This document shows positions 31,453-42,419 of a stretch of DNA of 64,000 nucleotides, piece by piece (within the stretch, counting starts at the first letter, position 1; each line of letters starts with the position of its first letter). The stretch is taken from NCBI GenBank assembly GCA_010356995.1, contig ML996688.1, positions 1,054,001 to 1,118,000 of the forward strand. Direction: 5' to 3'. The stretch is from Trichodelitschia bisporula (lineage: Eukaryota). The translations under genes were made by a program, and so were the position numbers. The notes under the pieces were generated by a model, which worked only from the letters and a program-made list of their open reading frames with translations, did no database searches and was not told the DNA's origin.

Positions 31453-33058
31453 ATGTCGCGCCACCAGCCCTGGCAAGGCCGTATAGCACTCGGAGGCATA
31501 TGGATAGCCGCTTGCGCTTTTGCTGGCCTCGCGCGTAGCCATGATCACCACATGGACAAGATAGAGGAGGGGCAGGGCGTCTCGGCCGACCCGATCGTGA
31601 GCTAGCCCAACTCCGGACACTTCCGGCGCAATCTGTACTGACGATACGAAGGACTCGATTCTATGGACTCATATCTTCATTCAAGGACTAGCATGGGGAA
31701 TACTCTTCCCCATGGGCATGGTGTTAGGCGTACGTTCTCACTTGGGCTGACGCGCTCACCAAAACTGACCGCTGGCAGATTGTCCGCTCAAGATGGCACG
31801 TTCCCGTACAGGTTGTCGCTTCGACTTTAGCGGTTCTCGGATACTTCATCGGGCACAAGCACAAGGGCCGGCAGTTTGCGGACAATGTACACGCACACTT
31901 TGCGCCGTGGGTTATGTGGGTCCTCATGTCGCAAATCGTGTTTGGAGTCTACCTAAGGCTGCACCTGGAGCGCGGATTCCACGGCCGGATACGGAAATAC
32001 GCTGTCTTTGCGCATGGCATCATTGGAAAGTTGGTACCAATAGTGGCGTGGGTCCAGATGCTGTTCGGCGGGATTACGATGTTGGGGTTCTGCCGGGATG
32101 ACCACCTCGGTCAGTGTCTCGCCCACTTCATTATGGGTAGCGCGTTCATCGCATACGGTATTCTCCTGACCATCGTGATGCTCGTTGGCCAGGCGTGGCT
32201 GCGCAGGACTGGCCGAAGCCAGGAGTTCTTCGACTCGGCGGTCATCGCGGCGTGGGGTTGCGTCAATACCTTCACCGAGCATCGCTGGGGTCAGGCCTGG
32301 GTCCACAACGATCTGCAACATACGACTATGGGCATCATCTGGTGGTGCGCCGGCCTGTTGGGACTCTGGCTTAGCAGAAATAGGGACGGACAGCCGAAGC
32401 GCAACTTGATACCCGCCGCTGTCATCTTCCTGACTGGGTGGGCCATGTCCGCACATCCCCAGACGCTGATGATTTCGGCAATGACCCATACCATGTTCGG
32501 GTATACCCTTATGGCTGCAGGTGTCTCAAGGCTTGTCGAGATCTGCTTCGTTCTCAAGGATCAGCCAACCGCTTCGGAGGATGGTCGCAATCCCTTCAGC
32601 TTTCAGTACATGACGCCCTTTGTAAGTTGCTACGTCTTCCCGTCTTCGACTGCAACTGACGAATGCAGCTTCTTTGCGCTGCCGGTTTCTTGTTCATGGG
32701 CGCGACTGAGGAGCAGATGAAGATGCTCGATGCCGCGCACGTCGACCACGTATCCTACGTACTCCTCCTGTACAGCGTAGCGTTCCTCATGTACCTCTGT
32801 AAGTTCCCAAGTTAGGTGACAATACCCAGCAATGACTAACCTGCTTTAGTCACCAATATGCTAATCCACCTGTACGGGGTGGATAGGATTCTAGCTAAGG
32901 CTGACCCGGAGACTGCAAACGGAACTGTATATGCAAATGGGCATACCAGTGTTCGTGATGTGGAGGAGTTCGAGCTGGGCGATATCACATCAGATGATGA
33001 ACTTGACACGCCCAATGACGATGCGCCCCTCGTCCCTAAAGAAGGCCGCACGCACTGA
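31453..33058 (+). CDS. YTP1-like (cytochrome b561-like) polytopic membrane protein, 4 introns
   Basis: DPIDSILWTHI, SRWHVPVQ, HKHKGRQF, DDHLGQCLAHFIMGSAF, NTFTEHRWG, HNDLQHTTMG motifs. Confidence 0.85.
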
Positions 33059-34441
33059 GTAAAAACTGCACTTCTGGTTTTCAGTTTTCGGGGTTTGGGT
33101 TCGGCGGTCCAGGGTAGCACAGGTTGCAGTGGCGGTTGCAGCGCTGTTCTTCACTTGCCACTTGTTTAGCATGGGGTTCTGCGTTTCTTAGTTCGACATC
33201 CAACCTCTTGTTGAGCATATGATGGCGCTTCCCACCTAGCATAATGCATAAGATGTAACCCAAGTTGATCTCCAAGAGGGATTAGTACGAGAGGTTGGGT
33301 TCCTATGATCTTGTGACGGGGCATGCCTGTCTGGGGAAACCTGGCTCCCGGGCGAAATGCGAACACCTGCTCGCGGCATCATGAAGTTTTAGCGTCGCCT
33401 TGGAGCTCACCGGAGCGCATGATGATTCATTTCCGGTAACAGTAATCTTTCGGTCGATCTCGAAGGTACAGTACATTTGATCGCCTTACGAGTTGTACGT
33501 ACAGTATCTGGGCTTGCCTCACGGACTCAGGCAAGCCACTCGGGATCGCAGAGATCTGGACACGGCTAGTGCGGCTGAACGCCTCCAGACTACATACCAC
33601 ATGCATCTCGTCAACACCAACATCACATCTACAGCTATATATGCGTAATGATCAACTTCATCTGGATACCTTCAGTGCTCTCGATAGCATTAGGTAAAAG
33701 GTAGTTGTTGGTGCGATTTTAAGGCATTTGACCGGATCCTCCTCACATGCCCACCCTAGAAGTTCCTGCTAACAATATGAACGCATGCTCAACAGCTCCA
33801 TCTGTCGGTCAAAGCCGCTCTCTCAGTCGTCTATGAATGTGTCTTACTATCACGTCGAATTTTACCAAAGTCCTGCTTTCCTCCTTCCCTAGGAGTTCTT
33901 GGATCCGGGTCGCAGACCTCCAGATTGGCCCAGGGGTGTCTGGACGAATCGCTACATCCCCATGACGGGAAATCCCCAAATCGGCATCCTATTTGATGGC
34001 TCCCGCGGTCCCTGACTGTACAGCAAAAAGTGGACACGCCATCAAAGCAAGGTCGATCCGGGGTATCCGAGGCACCACTCGTCGCGGTACGCTGTATGAT
34101 GTCAAAAGCCGACCGGCCAGTTCCTGCTTCGGACACGCACGAGTGAGCTTCCGCATCCATGCCTTTCATCTGCAGGTCCCCCTGGCATTTCCCGGCATGT
34201 GTTGGCCTCGTTATGCTCCAAGGCCACGAGTGCGACTGCAGCGGACAGCGTGGCCGGCGCCGCGGACAGCACCTTCCACGGCCTGTGCGGTAAGAATCGA
34301 CTGGGATCGAGATGCTAAACGTTGTGACCGCTCATCGAGCGCAAGATGTAACCCTATCGCATCCTTTTAACCGTTCGCCGTCCTTCCTAGATTCCATCAT
34401 CGTCCTGCGCTCCTTCTCCTCATTTCTGTTGATACCACACT

Positions 34442-35771
34442 ATGCCGCGCATCTTCAAATCCCTTCGGAGACAGCTTCTGCGACTCAGACTCCTGCCCTC
34501 AAAGTCGAAAGCCCAGAAGCCTGTTCAGCAGCATAATGTGCAAGACACGAGCACTACTGCGGCACCGAAGCCGACTAAACAGCAGACCGTCGTCTCACCC
34601 TACGACACAGGGACGACTCTCAGCATCGCCCTGACGAACAACACCACCTCAGCCAACGTCTACGCGTTCATCACCGGCACGGCAATCAGCAGTCGCAACT
34701 CACTATTCCTCCTGCAAGCCGACGGCCAAACACCTTACTACCCGCTTTCGCCAATGAAAACGACCCAGCCACTACAAGTAAACTGCGCAATCCCCCTCGG
34801 CGCACCAGGCAACGTCGTAACTGTCACGATTCCACAAATCGTCGGCGGGCGGATCTGGTTCTCCATCGACGCGCCCCTGACCTTCCTCCTCAACCCGGGC
34901 CCCGCCCTCGTCGAACCCTCCGTCACAAACCCCTCAGACCCGAACCTGAACATCAACTGGGGCTTCGCGGAATTCACATTCACGAGCGCACAGCTGTATG
35001 CCAACATCAGTTACGTGGACTTTGTGTCCATCCCTATTGCGCTGACGCTTGAAACGGCCGATGGTACGACGAAGTCCATATCCGGGTTGAATCGCGGTGG
35101 CCTGGACAGCATTTGCGAGCAGTTGCAGCAGCAGAGCCAGGCGGACGGCGTGGATGGCTGGGCCGATCTCGTCGTTAAGTACGGCGGGCGGAATCTGCGC
35201 GCGCTGAGCCCGAATACTGGCATGGTGGTGAACCAGAACGCATTCGCTGGATATTGGGACCCATATGTCAACCACGTGTGGAGCCAATACTCCACTCAGC
35301 AGCTCACGGTCAACGCGCAGTCAGTGAATGTCACGGGAGGCGTGTCGTCCAGCAGCAATCAGTTGGTGCTGGGGAACGAGAGCTTCGACAAGCCGAGCAC
35401 GCAGGATATTTTCTCGTGCAATACGGGGGTGTTTGCGACAGGGTCGAGTGCGACGCGGAATGTGCTTATTCCGCAGTTGGCGGCATCGTTTAATCGCACG
35501 ACGTTGCTGGCGTCGAATTATGTGCCTGCGAGCCAGAGCACATATTATGAGAATACGATCACGAATCATTACAGTCGGATTGTGCATAGCGAGAATGCCG
35601 ATGGGAAGGGATACGGTGAGTCTTGAGCTCGATGGTTGGTGTTGTGCTTTTGCTGACGTTCCTGTAGCGTTCCCGTATGATGATGCGGGGAGTCCTGACG
35701 GACCTGATCAGAGTGGCTACGTCAACGATCCTAATCCGAGGGTGTTGACGGTGACGGTTGGACAGGGTTAG
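34442..35771 (+). CDS. Glycoside hydrolase family 64 beta-1,3-glucanase (intron 35616-35667)
   Basis: GGRIWFS, PGPALVEPSVTNPSDPN, WGFAEFT, ANISYVDFV, TNHYSRIVH, GYAFPYDD motifs. Confidence 0.9.
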
Positions 35772-36600
35772 CAGATTGCTTCGCTCTTCCTTTATATATG
35801 TACCCTACAATAGACACGACGGCAACGAGATGGTCTGACGAAATATTGCCCAAATTGTACTCTTGAGCCGTCTCGGCATCGGCGCCATGGAAGGGCCGTG
35901 TTGCTTGTCCGCCATACGGAAAGGGAGATAGTTCCTGACTTCATAGCAAGCAAGGTGTCGATGACAATAGAAAGCGAGATGTGAATCTGCAGTCCGTCCT
36001 GGTGAATCTTAACCAAGCCCAACTGACGAGAACAACTCGACAGGCACTTCGGGTGGATGGCCAGAGTCTACAAAATCCGTCATCGAGATCAAAATTAAAG
36101 CCAGCGCAATGCAAGAGCAGACTCCCCATTTGCTACGGGGCATGGGTATACAGCTCTAGATAACGAAGGATCTCCCAAACGAGCGGAAGCTGCCGCATCC
36201 TGCCGTCGTCGATCCCCTCAAATGATCCCCAGGGCACTCCATCCATCTATCAGTGTCCATATGCGCCGTGAATGATGCGATGCCGATGCCGATTACCAAA
36301 ACCCAAACGCCGGACTCCATGCTATGCAGCTTTTAGACCATGAAAACAGTCCAAGTATGTACTGCGAAACACGTAATAACCCATCCTCTTTTTGGCCAGT
36401 CCAAGAACAGAAAAAAATCGTGATGCCACGCCCAAAATGCGAGGCTGTGATGGCCGATAAATGCAGACGCTCATCTAGAGAAGTCGAAAAATAGCCCAAA
36501 CTAGCTATTTACCCTGTTCATGTTATACCCGTAGGGGTTGATTTGTTTCGAGGGCCGTTGGTTGCGGTGTCGAGTGACATATCTGCCCCAGTTAGACTCA

Positions 36601-37497
36601 TCAACTGGAAACGCGCAGCGGTACCGACCCAGTTGGCAACCACTCCATCCGCGTCTCGTCGAAATAATGACCCTCAAACGTCTTCAACGTCAACGATTGA
36701 GGCCCGTACTCTTCTTCCAACAACGCCGCGTACGCATACGGGATTTTCACCGGTGCGCCCTCGAAGATGCTTGGGCGCAGCGGGAATATCTGCGCTGCCA
36801 GGTACTTGTGCTTGTCCTTGCAGTACATATGGCCCTCAAGGCCCTCCACCTCCGCAGTGCGATTGCGCCGCAGCGTCGTGATGTCGATGAAAAGGCCCGT
36901 TTCGGTGTCGATCCAGCGGGCATCGATGACGTTGAGTCGGTCATCCGTTGACGGATTCTTGTAGTGCGGATTAATTTCGAGCAGGAAGTCGCGACCGTGT
37001 TCGACGCCGGGTAGCCGGTAGTGGTGCACCGTCATGTTGTAGTAGCTGGCCAAATACTCCATGCTGCTTTCCGACATCTGCACATCGACGTCCGAGTCCC
37101 ACGGCATGACCTTGCGATTCCACCACCAGCCCAGCAAAGTCCCGTGCATGATCCAGGTTTCGGCACCGATGTCGCTCATTGTCGAGAGATACGTCTGCAT
37201 CAAGATGATGAGGTGTTTGCGGCGGTCTTCATTGGTGAGCGTGTGGTCGGCGAAGCGCCCGTCGTAGTGTGGGTGGAACTAGAACCTGGGTGTCAACGAT
37301 GTATCGCTCTTCACCAGGGCATAACCTACCGTTGATTCATGGAAGTACTTGTCCTTCGGGTCCCCGCCTTTGCCACTATAATCGCGGGACAATCGTGTAC
37401 GAACGCTCAAAAAATCGGCATCGCGCTTGTATAGCGGAAGTGATTGCGCGACCCAGGAGCACACGAGCAGGAGGTAGAAGGGAGTGAAGAGGAACAT
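36601..37497 (-). CDS. LicD/Mnn4-like mannosylphosphate transferase (intron 37279-37329)
   Basis: Signal peptide; KYFHE, HYDGRF, ETWIMHGTLLGWWWNRKVMPWDSDVDVQ, NVIDARWIDTETGLFIDIT, CKDKHKY motifs. Confidence 0.9.
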
Positions 37498-39969
37498 GGT
37501 TTACGCCCCGCCACACCACTGCATCTGGGTGATAAGAGCACCACACGTCGCAGAGACGGATCGAAGATGCGCAAGACAAAAGGAAAGATGGCGAACGGCT
37601 GGACGATTGGTGCTGAAACGATAAACTGGACGCAACTATCTCGAGTAGGTTGCGATGAGAACTACGAGTCGTAGCACATGGGTCGTGTGCCCAAGTCAAG
37701 GCACACTGTCGGAAGTTGAAAAGTAGCCGAAAGAGGAGAGGCGGGGGTGCTTGAGTTCGCTGACGGCAGCCAAGAGACGAGCGGAGCCACCCAGATATTT
37801 GATGATATGATTGTCTGGAGAAAGGAGGGGGATGAGCCGTGCGGGAGCGGGTGCGCGTGCGTTGGGGTGTGAAACCCGGGTTGAGATGATGTGTTGTACA
37901 GGGAGTATTCGCGATTAATTGAAATGCAGACGGGATACGGTAGTTGAGGAGATTGATAGAGAGCGCGGTTATCAAGGCATCTGCTGATCTATTATGGGAA
38001 TCAGATCAGATGCCAGACGCAGACGGCAAAGCAGGGCCTGAAGGAAATGGGACAGTTGAATGGTCGGCACAGCCTTGCAGCTGGGCAGACCCTTCTCTTG
38101 AGTCTTTTTGTTCTTCTCCCTCTTTTTCCCTTCTCTGCGCCTCTCCCCGACCTCATCCCCCACCCCACCCAGAACGGCAAAATGCCAAAAATGATTGCGT
38201 GGCCCGCCGCAAGTGCCTGACCCGCCATTAGCTTAGCGGCTTTGCCCATGCCCCCAGCCGCGCGGACCAGCCCCCTTCCTGGGCATTTTGGGGTAATGGA
38301 GGGGCGTGAGGGGGGTCAAGTTGCGACTATGCACGCCAACACGTTTCATCATCGTGGACGTTATCCTCGACAAGTGTTTTGCTGTCGCACGACTATCGGC
38401 TACTTTTGTTTTAGCGCAACTGCGTGTCTATCGTACCGTACCAAGAAGCGCGAGTCGGGGTCTTGCCCACTTCGCAGACAGGTCCGGCCCTGCTTCGCCT
38501 CAACTCGTGGATGCTGGAGAAAGCCTGGTAAAGAGGCTTGGCTGAATGGTGCGCGCTTTGCCGTAGTTCCGGCTTACCCGTTGCCTTCTCACACCGACTC
38601 AATCCGATCTGGCCGACAAGGCCAACTGCATCTGTTATCTTGCAGCGCCAATTCCGCTCACCGTGCTTCTAGCAGCGCAAAGGATAAATGGAGGAACGAA
38701 ATGGCGTCTCCAACAACGTCCCACAACTTCATCCTCACGCGACAGCCATCCCCCCTGGGTTACGCACACCACCCCCTTGTGGCTGATGAACCCGGTCTTC
38801 CGGACGCCAACCCCGGCTGGCGGCAAAACAAGACTTGCCCAGCCGCCCAAGCTTTGTGGCGGAAGCTTAGATTCGGAGCCCGCCGCGTAGAAGGTGCTTT
38901 GACGTTTTCGCCCGCCGACTTCACTGGATGGAAGTTGATGTTCGCAAGGGCTGGACATTTCTCGCCGTTCCAATATCAGCCCGTCGGTATCTGCATTCCG
39001 CACAGCCAGTTGGCATGCAGACCATATTGCGCTCGCTCACCCCCGCCAGTTGAATGCAGTTGCTGAGACCAAACGGCGCAGATAGCGGCCGGGCCCCCGG
39101 TTCGATACCCGGTTCAATTAGAACAAACTGGCGAGCAATGCCCCTGGAACAAACGCCATAAGTTTTCCTGTCGCCGCTGTTTGACTACCGTGGTGGTTCT
39201 GCAAACGGATAGGACATCAAATTCAACTCAAGCGGTAGCTGCAGTTCGTTAAAGCGCACTGACCCCACAACGACGGACCTGCTTCCGTCATCGGCGAACT
39301 CTCGGGATCCAACGCAAGGAGGCCGCGTCGTCGTCTTCGGGCGTTTGTGCGTGTGGTGGCTGAGTCGAATCGCAACCTTGAACGTTTCGCAGCCTTATCT
39401 TCGCATTCAGCAAACTGACATGGAGCGATAACTCGCATACTACATTGGCCTCCCGAGGACCTTGTTATCGGGAACGTCCTGATTATTTGTACTGGTACTC
39501 ATCGAAACCTCTGGGAGACAACCGTGGCTGTTTCCTTGCTCGGCTTCATATGATATGCACTGGAAGTCTGGCAGCTGCTTTCGGAAAGACAGATGACCTC
39601 TCTTTTGGTGAACATGCTTTCGGAGGTTACGCAGCACAATGCTCGCACCCATGATCGACCTGAGCATAGAGCACCGCTTGCGAGTGTAAAAGCTGGCAAA
39701 GATCAGGCTGAACAAGACACCGAGCCTTAAGTCGGTAATTGATCGAGCGAGTTGTGACGCGGTGTAGATGCTTCTAAAATGGTTAACACTCCGAATGGTT
39801 GCCTGGCAGTTCAGCCTCAGATTTTCTGTTCGTTGCACTGCTGCCGAGACCGCCTCTAAGAGTTCGTAACTAAAGGCCTGCATTTCGGTTCCTCAAGACG
39901 CCCTCGCGTATTCACACATGAGGCCAATAGAAAAAGGTGCAAAAACATAGATATGAGGAAAAAAGGAAC

Positions 39970-40058
39970 TGCCCCCTGACAGAGTTGAACTATCGACCTC
40001 GGCATTACCTGCTGTAACAGATACTAGTGCCGCGCTCTACCAACTGAGCTAAAGGGGC
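39970..40058 (-). tRNA. tRNA-Thr(AGT) with 16-nt canonical intron
   Basis: GCCCCTTTAGCTCAGTTGGTAGAGCGCGGCACT-AGT-A[TCTGTTACAGCAGGTA]ATGCCGAGGTCGATAGTTCAACTCTGTCAGGGGGCA: full cloverleaf with A/B boxes; T6 Pol III terminator at 39959-39964. Confidence 0.95.
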
Positions 40059-40470
40059 TGGGATTTGATAGTATAAATTGGACTGGCCAAAACATATTAC
40101 TTTATGAAATTGCTGGCAACTTGCGACCATATCATCGACGTTTGGAGCTCAACAGTCTCCCCAGGTTAGCGCTAGGTTCTTCAAAATCCAAACCAAGCTG
40201 TATTTTACAAGTATGATAGTATTGCAGAGCGGTTGCGGAAATCTTTGATCATCTGGCGCATTCCTGTCACTCAACGACGTTTGCTGCTCAGCGGGGCTTT
40301 CATGCTCGCATAGAAGAATCTAGAAGCCTGAGGCATTAAATCAATGCCAAGCTTTGTCATCGAGCGGCGACATAACTTCATCGAGAGCCTCAAGTCCCCT
40401 ACCTCATCACGAACATCACCAGCAACGAACCGCAACCCGCAAATTCATACTCTCCTACCCAGTTGCAACC

Positions 40471-41222
40471 ATGGCTAACTATCTCGCCTCCATCTTCGGC
40501 ACAGAACAGGACAAGGTACGTCTCCCACACTCGCATCACCTCTAGTCGCAAACTAACGCGCCGCCCAGGTCAATTGTTCCTTCTACTACAAGATCGGCGC
40601 ATGCCGGCACGGCGACCGCTGCTCGCGCAAGCACGTCAAGCCCTCGTACTCGCAGACGATACTGCTACCAAACATGTACCACAACCCGGCGTACGAGACG
40701 CCGAACAAGATGAACCCGCAGCAGCTGCAGCACCACTTCGACGCGTTCTACGAGGACTTCTGGTGCGAAATGTGCAAGTACGGCGAGTTAGAGGAAGTAG
40801 TCGTGTGCGACAACAACAACGACCGTAAGCACCCCATCATGGCCCCGTCCCTTCAAAGTTGAGAAGCACATGCTAACCCCCCGCTCCCCACAGACCTTAT
40901 AGGCAACGTCTACGCGCGCTTCAAGTACGAAGACTCGGCCCAAAAGGCCTGCGATGAACTCAACAGCCGCTGGTACGCCGGCCGCCCCATCTACTGCGAA
41001 CTATCGCCCGTGACGGACTTCCGTGAGGCGTGTTGTCGGCTTAACAGCGGGGAGGGCTGCGTGCGCGCCGGGTTCTGCAATTTCATCCATCGCAAGGAGC
41101 CGAGTCCCGAGTTGGAGCGCGAGCTTACACTGTCGACGATGAAGTGGCTCAAGGAGCGTGGTCGGGATGACCGCTCGGTTACGCGGAGCCCGAGCCCCGA
41201 ACCGACTCGCAAGCGTTATTAG
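40471..41222 (+). CDS. U2AF1: Splicing factor U2AF small subunit (U2AF23/35); introns 40517-40568, 40825-40893
   Basis: [37 protein letters not shown], UHM, second CCCH finger ACCR..C..GFCNFIH. Confidence 0.97.
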
Positions 41223-41319
41223 GCTCTTTTTTGACTACTGGCGGTTGTGCTGAGGCGTTTTATAGGTTCGAAAATAATGTCGCCGGGGGATGCGAGCAAC
41301 ACCGTGGTGACGAATATCA

Positions 41320-41535
41320 CTAGTCCGGAGCCAGAGAAGCAGACTCAGAGGGCCCGGCGCGTGATAAGTGATGGAGAAGAGACGTTGTTGTTCCTTTTTT
41401 TTTTCTTAATCTGTACTAAGAGAGCTCTAGTCCGGAGCCGGAACCGAAGAAGAAGACGATGAGGAACCGGCGCGTGATCAGTGATAAAGAAGATATGTTG
41501 TTGTTGTTTTTCTTTTTGCTTTGATCTGTACTAAA
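41320..41535 (+). repeat. Imperfect tandem duplication (~107-nt period, 2 copies) downstream of U2AF1
   Basis: CTAGTCCGGAGCC..CCGGCGCGTGAT.AGTGAT..AGAAGA..GTTGTTG..T-tract..ATCTGTACTAA occurs at 41320-41419 and 41427-41535. Confidence 0.85.
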
Positions 41536-42419
41536 TGATAAGGTTATGGGAGGTCTTCGGGGCTTGACTAGGTGTTTCTGGAGCATTTTTGCTTGCGATA
41601 TGACAAGCTGTGTGGCTGGCGTTCAACGGTGGGGATGATGACTTGTCCCCATGGTCTTGTACGGCGAATCAGAGCTCACAGTGCATAGAAGCGGATATTC
41701 CCCATCTGCGATCCAGCCTGGCCTTCGTTGTTTATTCACCTTGGGCTTTCTCGAGGCATGGCGTACCGAGGGTGGGGAACACTGCTGGTTGACTTTCATC
41801 GCTGTTCTTGTACCTTAGCTGAGTTACATAGCGGAACATCATGTATCTCACACCTGTTTTTCTGCCGCAATCCTCCCAACCGCCCCTAAGGTGATGTCGG
41901 TACACAAGGCATCACGGCTCTAAGGCAGATATGGTTACAGGGCATTATATCTACTTGGGAAGGAACACACGATACTTGGGGGGTGGTGCCTGCCAAAGGA
42001 AAGACGTAAATGTCATAATGTGCATACAAGGCAGGCACCGATGACGTGAGAATGGTAACGGGAGGAGCTACGGAGGATATCGTGCATATATTCCTTAGGG
42101 CCTCTCGACTCTCTTCTTTTGTTTGTCTTTACTTCAACCTTCAGTTTTCACAGTCGCCTTTGCACGTAAATACACCAAAAGCCCACACTGATCAAAGTAG
42201 ACGGTACGAATACCAATTACTAATAGGAGCCCCCATCATAACCTTCAGAGCGCACGCTATGTACTTCCGGTCCCCCACCCCCCCATTACCGGATTTTGTC
42301 CCTCCACCGCCCTCTCACACACAAGGAAAAATGGAAAAAAGGACACGAAGCCGAGCCATCCCTGCCCCGCATAGTCAATGTACACACGCCGGATATCACA
42401 AACCCGCCTCCCCATGAAC

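Noticed and set aside
38242..39066. 274-aa ORF upstream of the LicD gene
   Set aside because: Non-ATG start, no motifs, and composition typical of non-coding DNA
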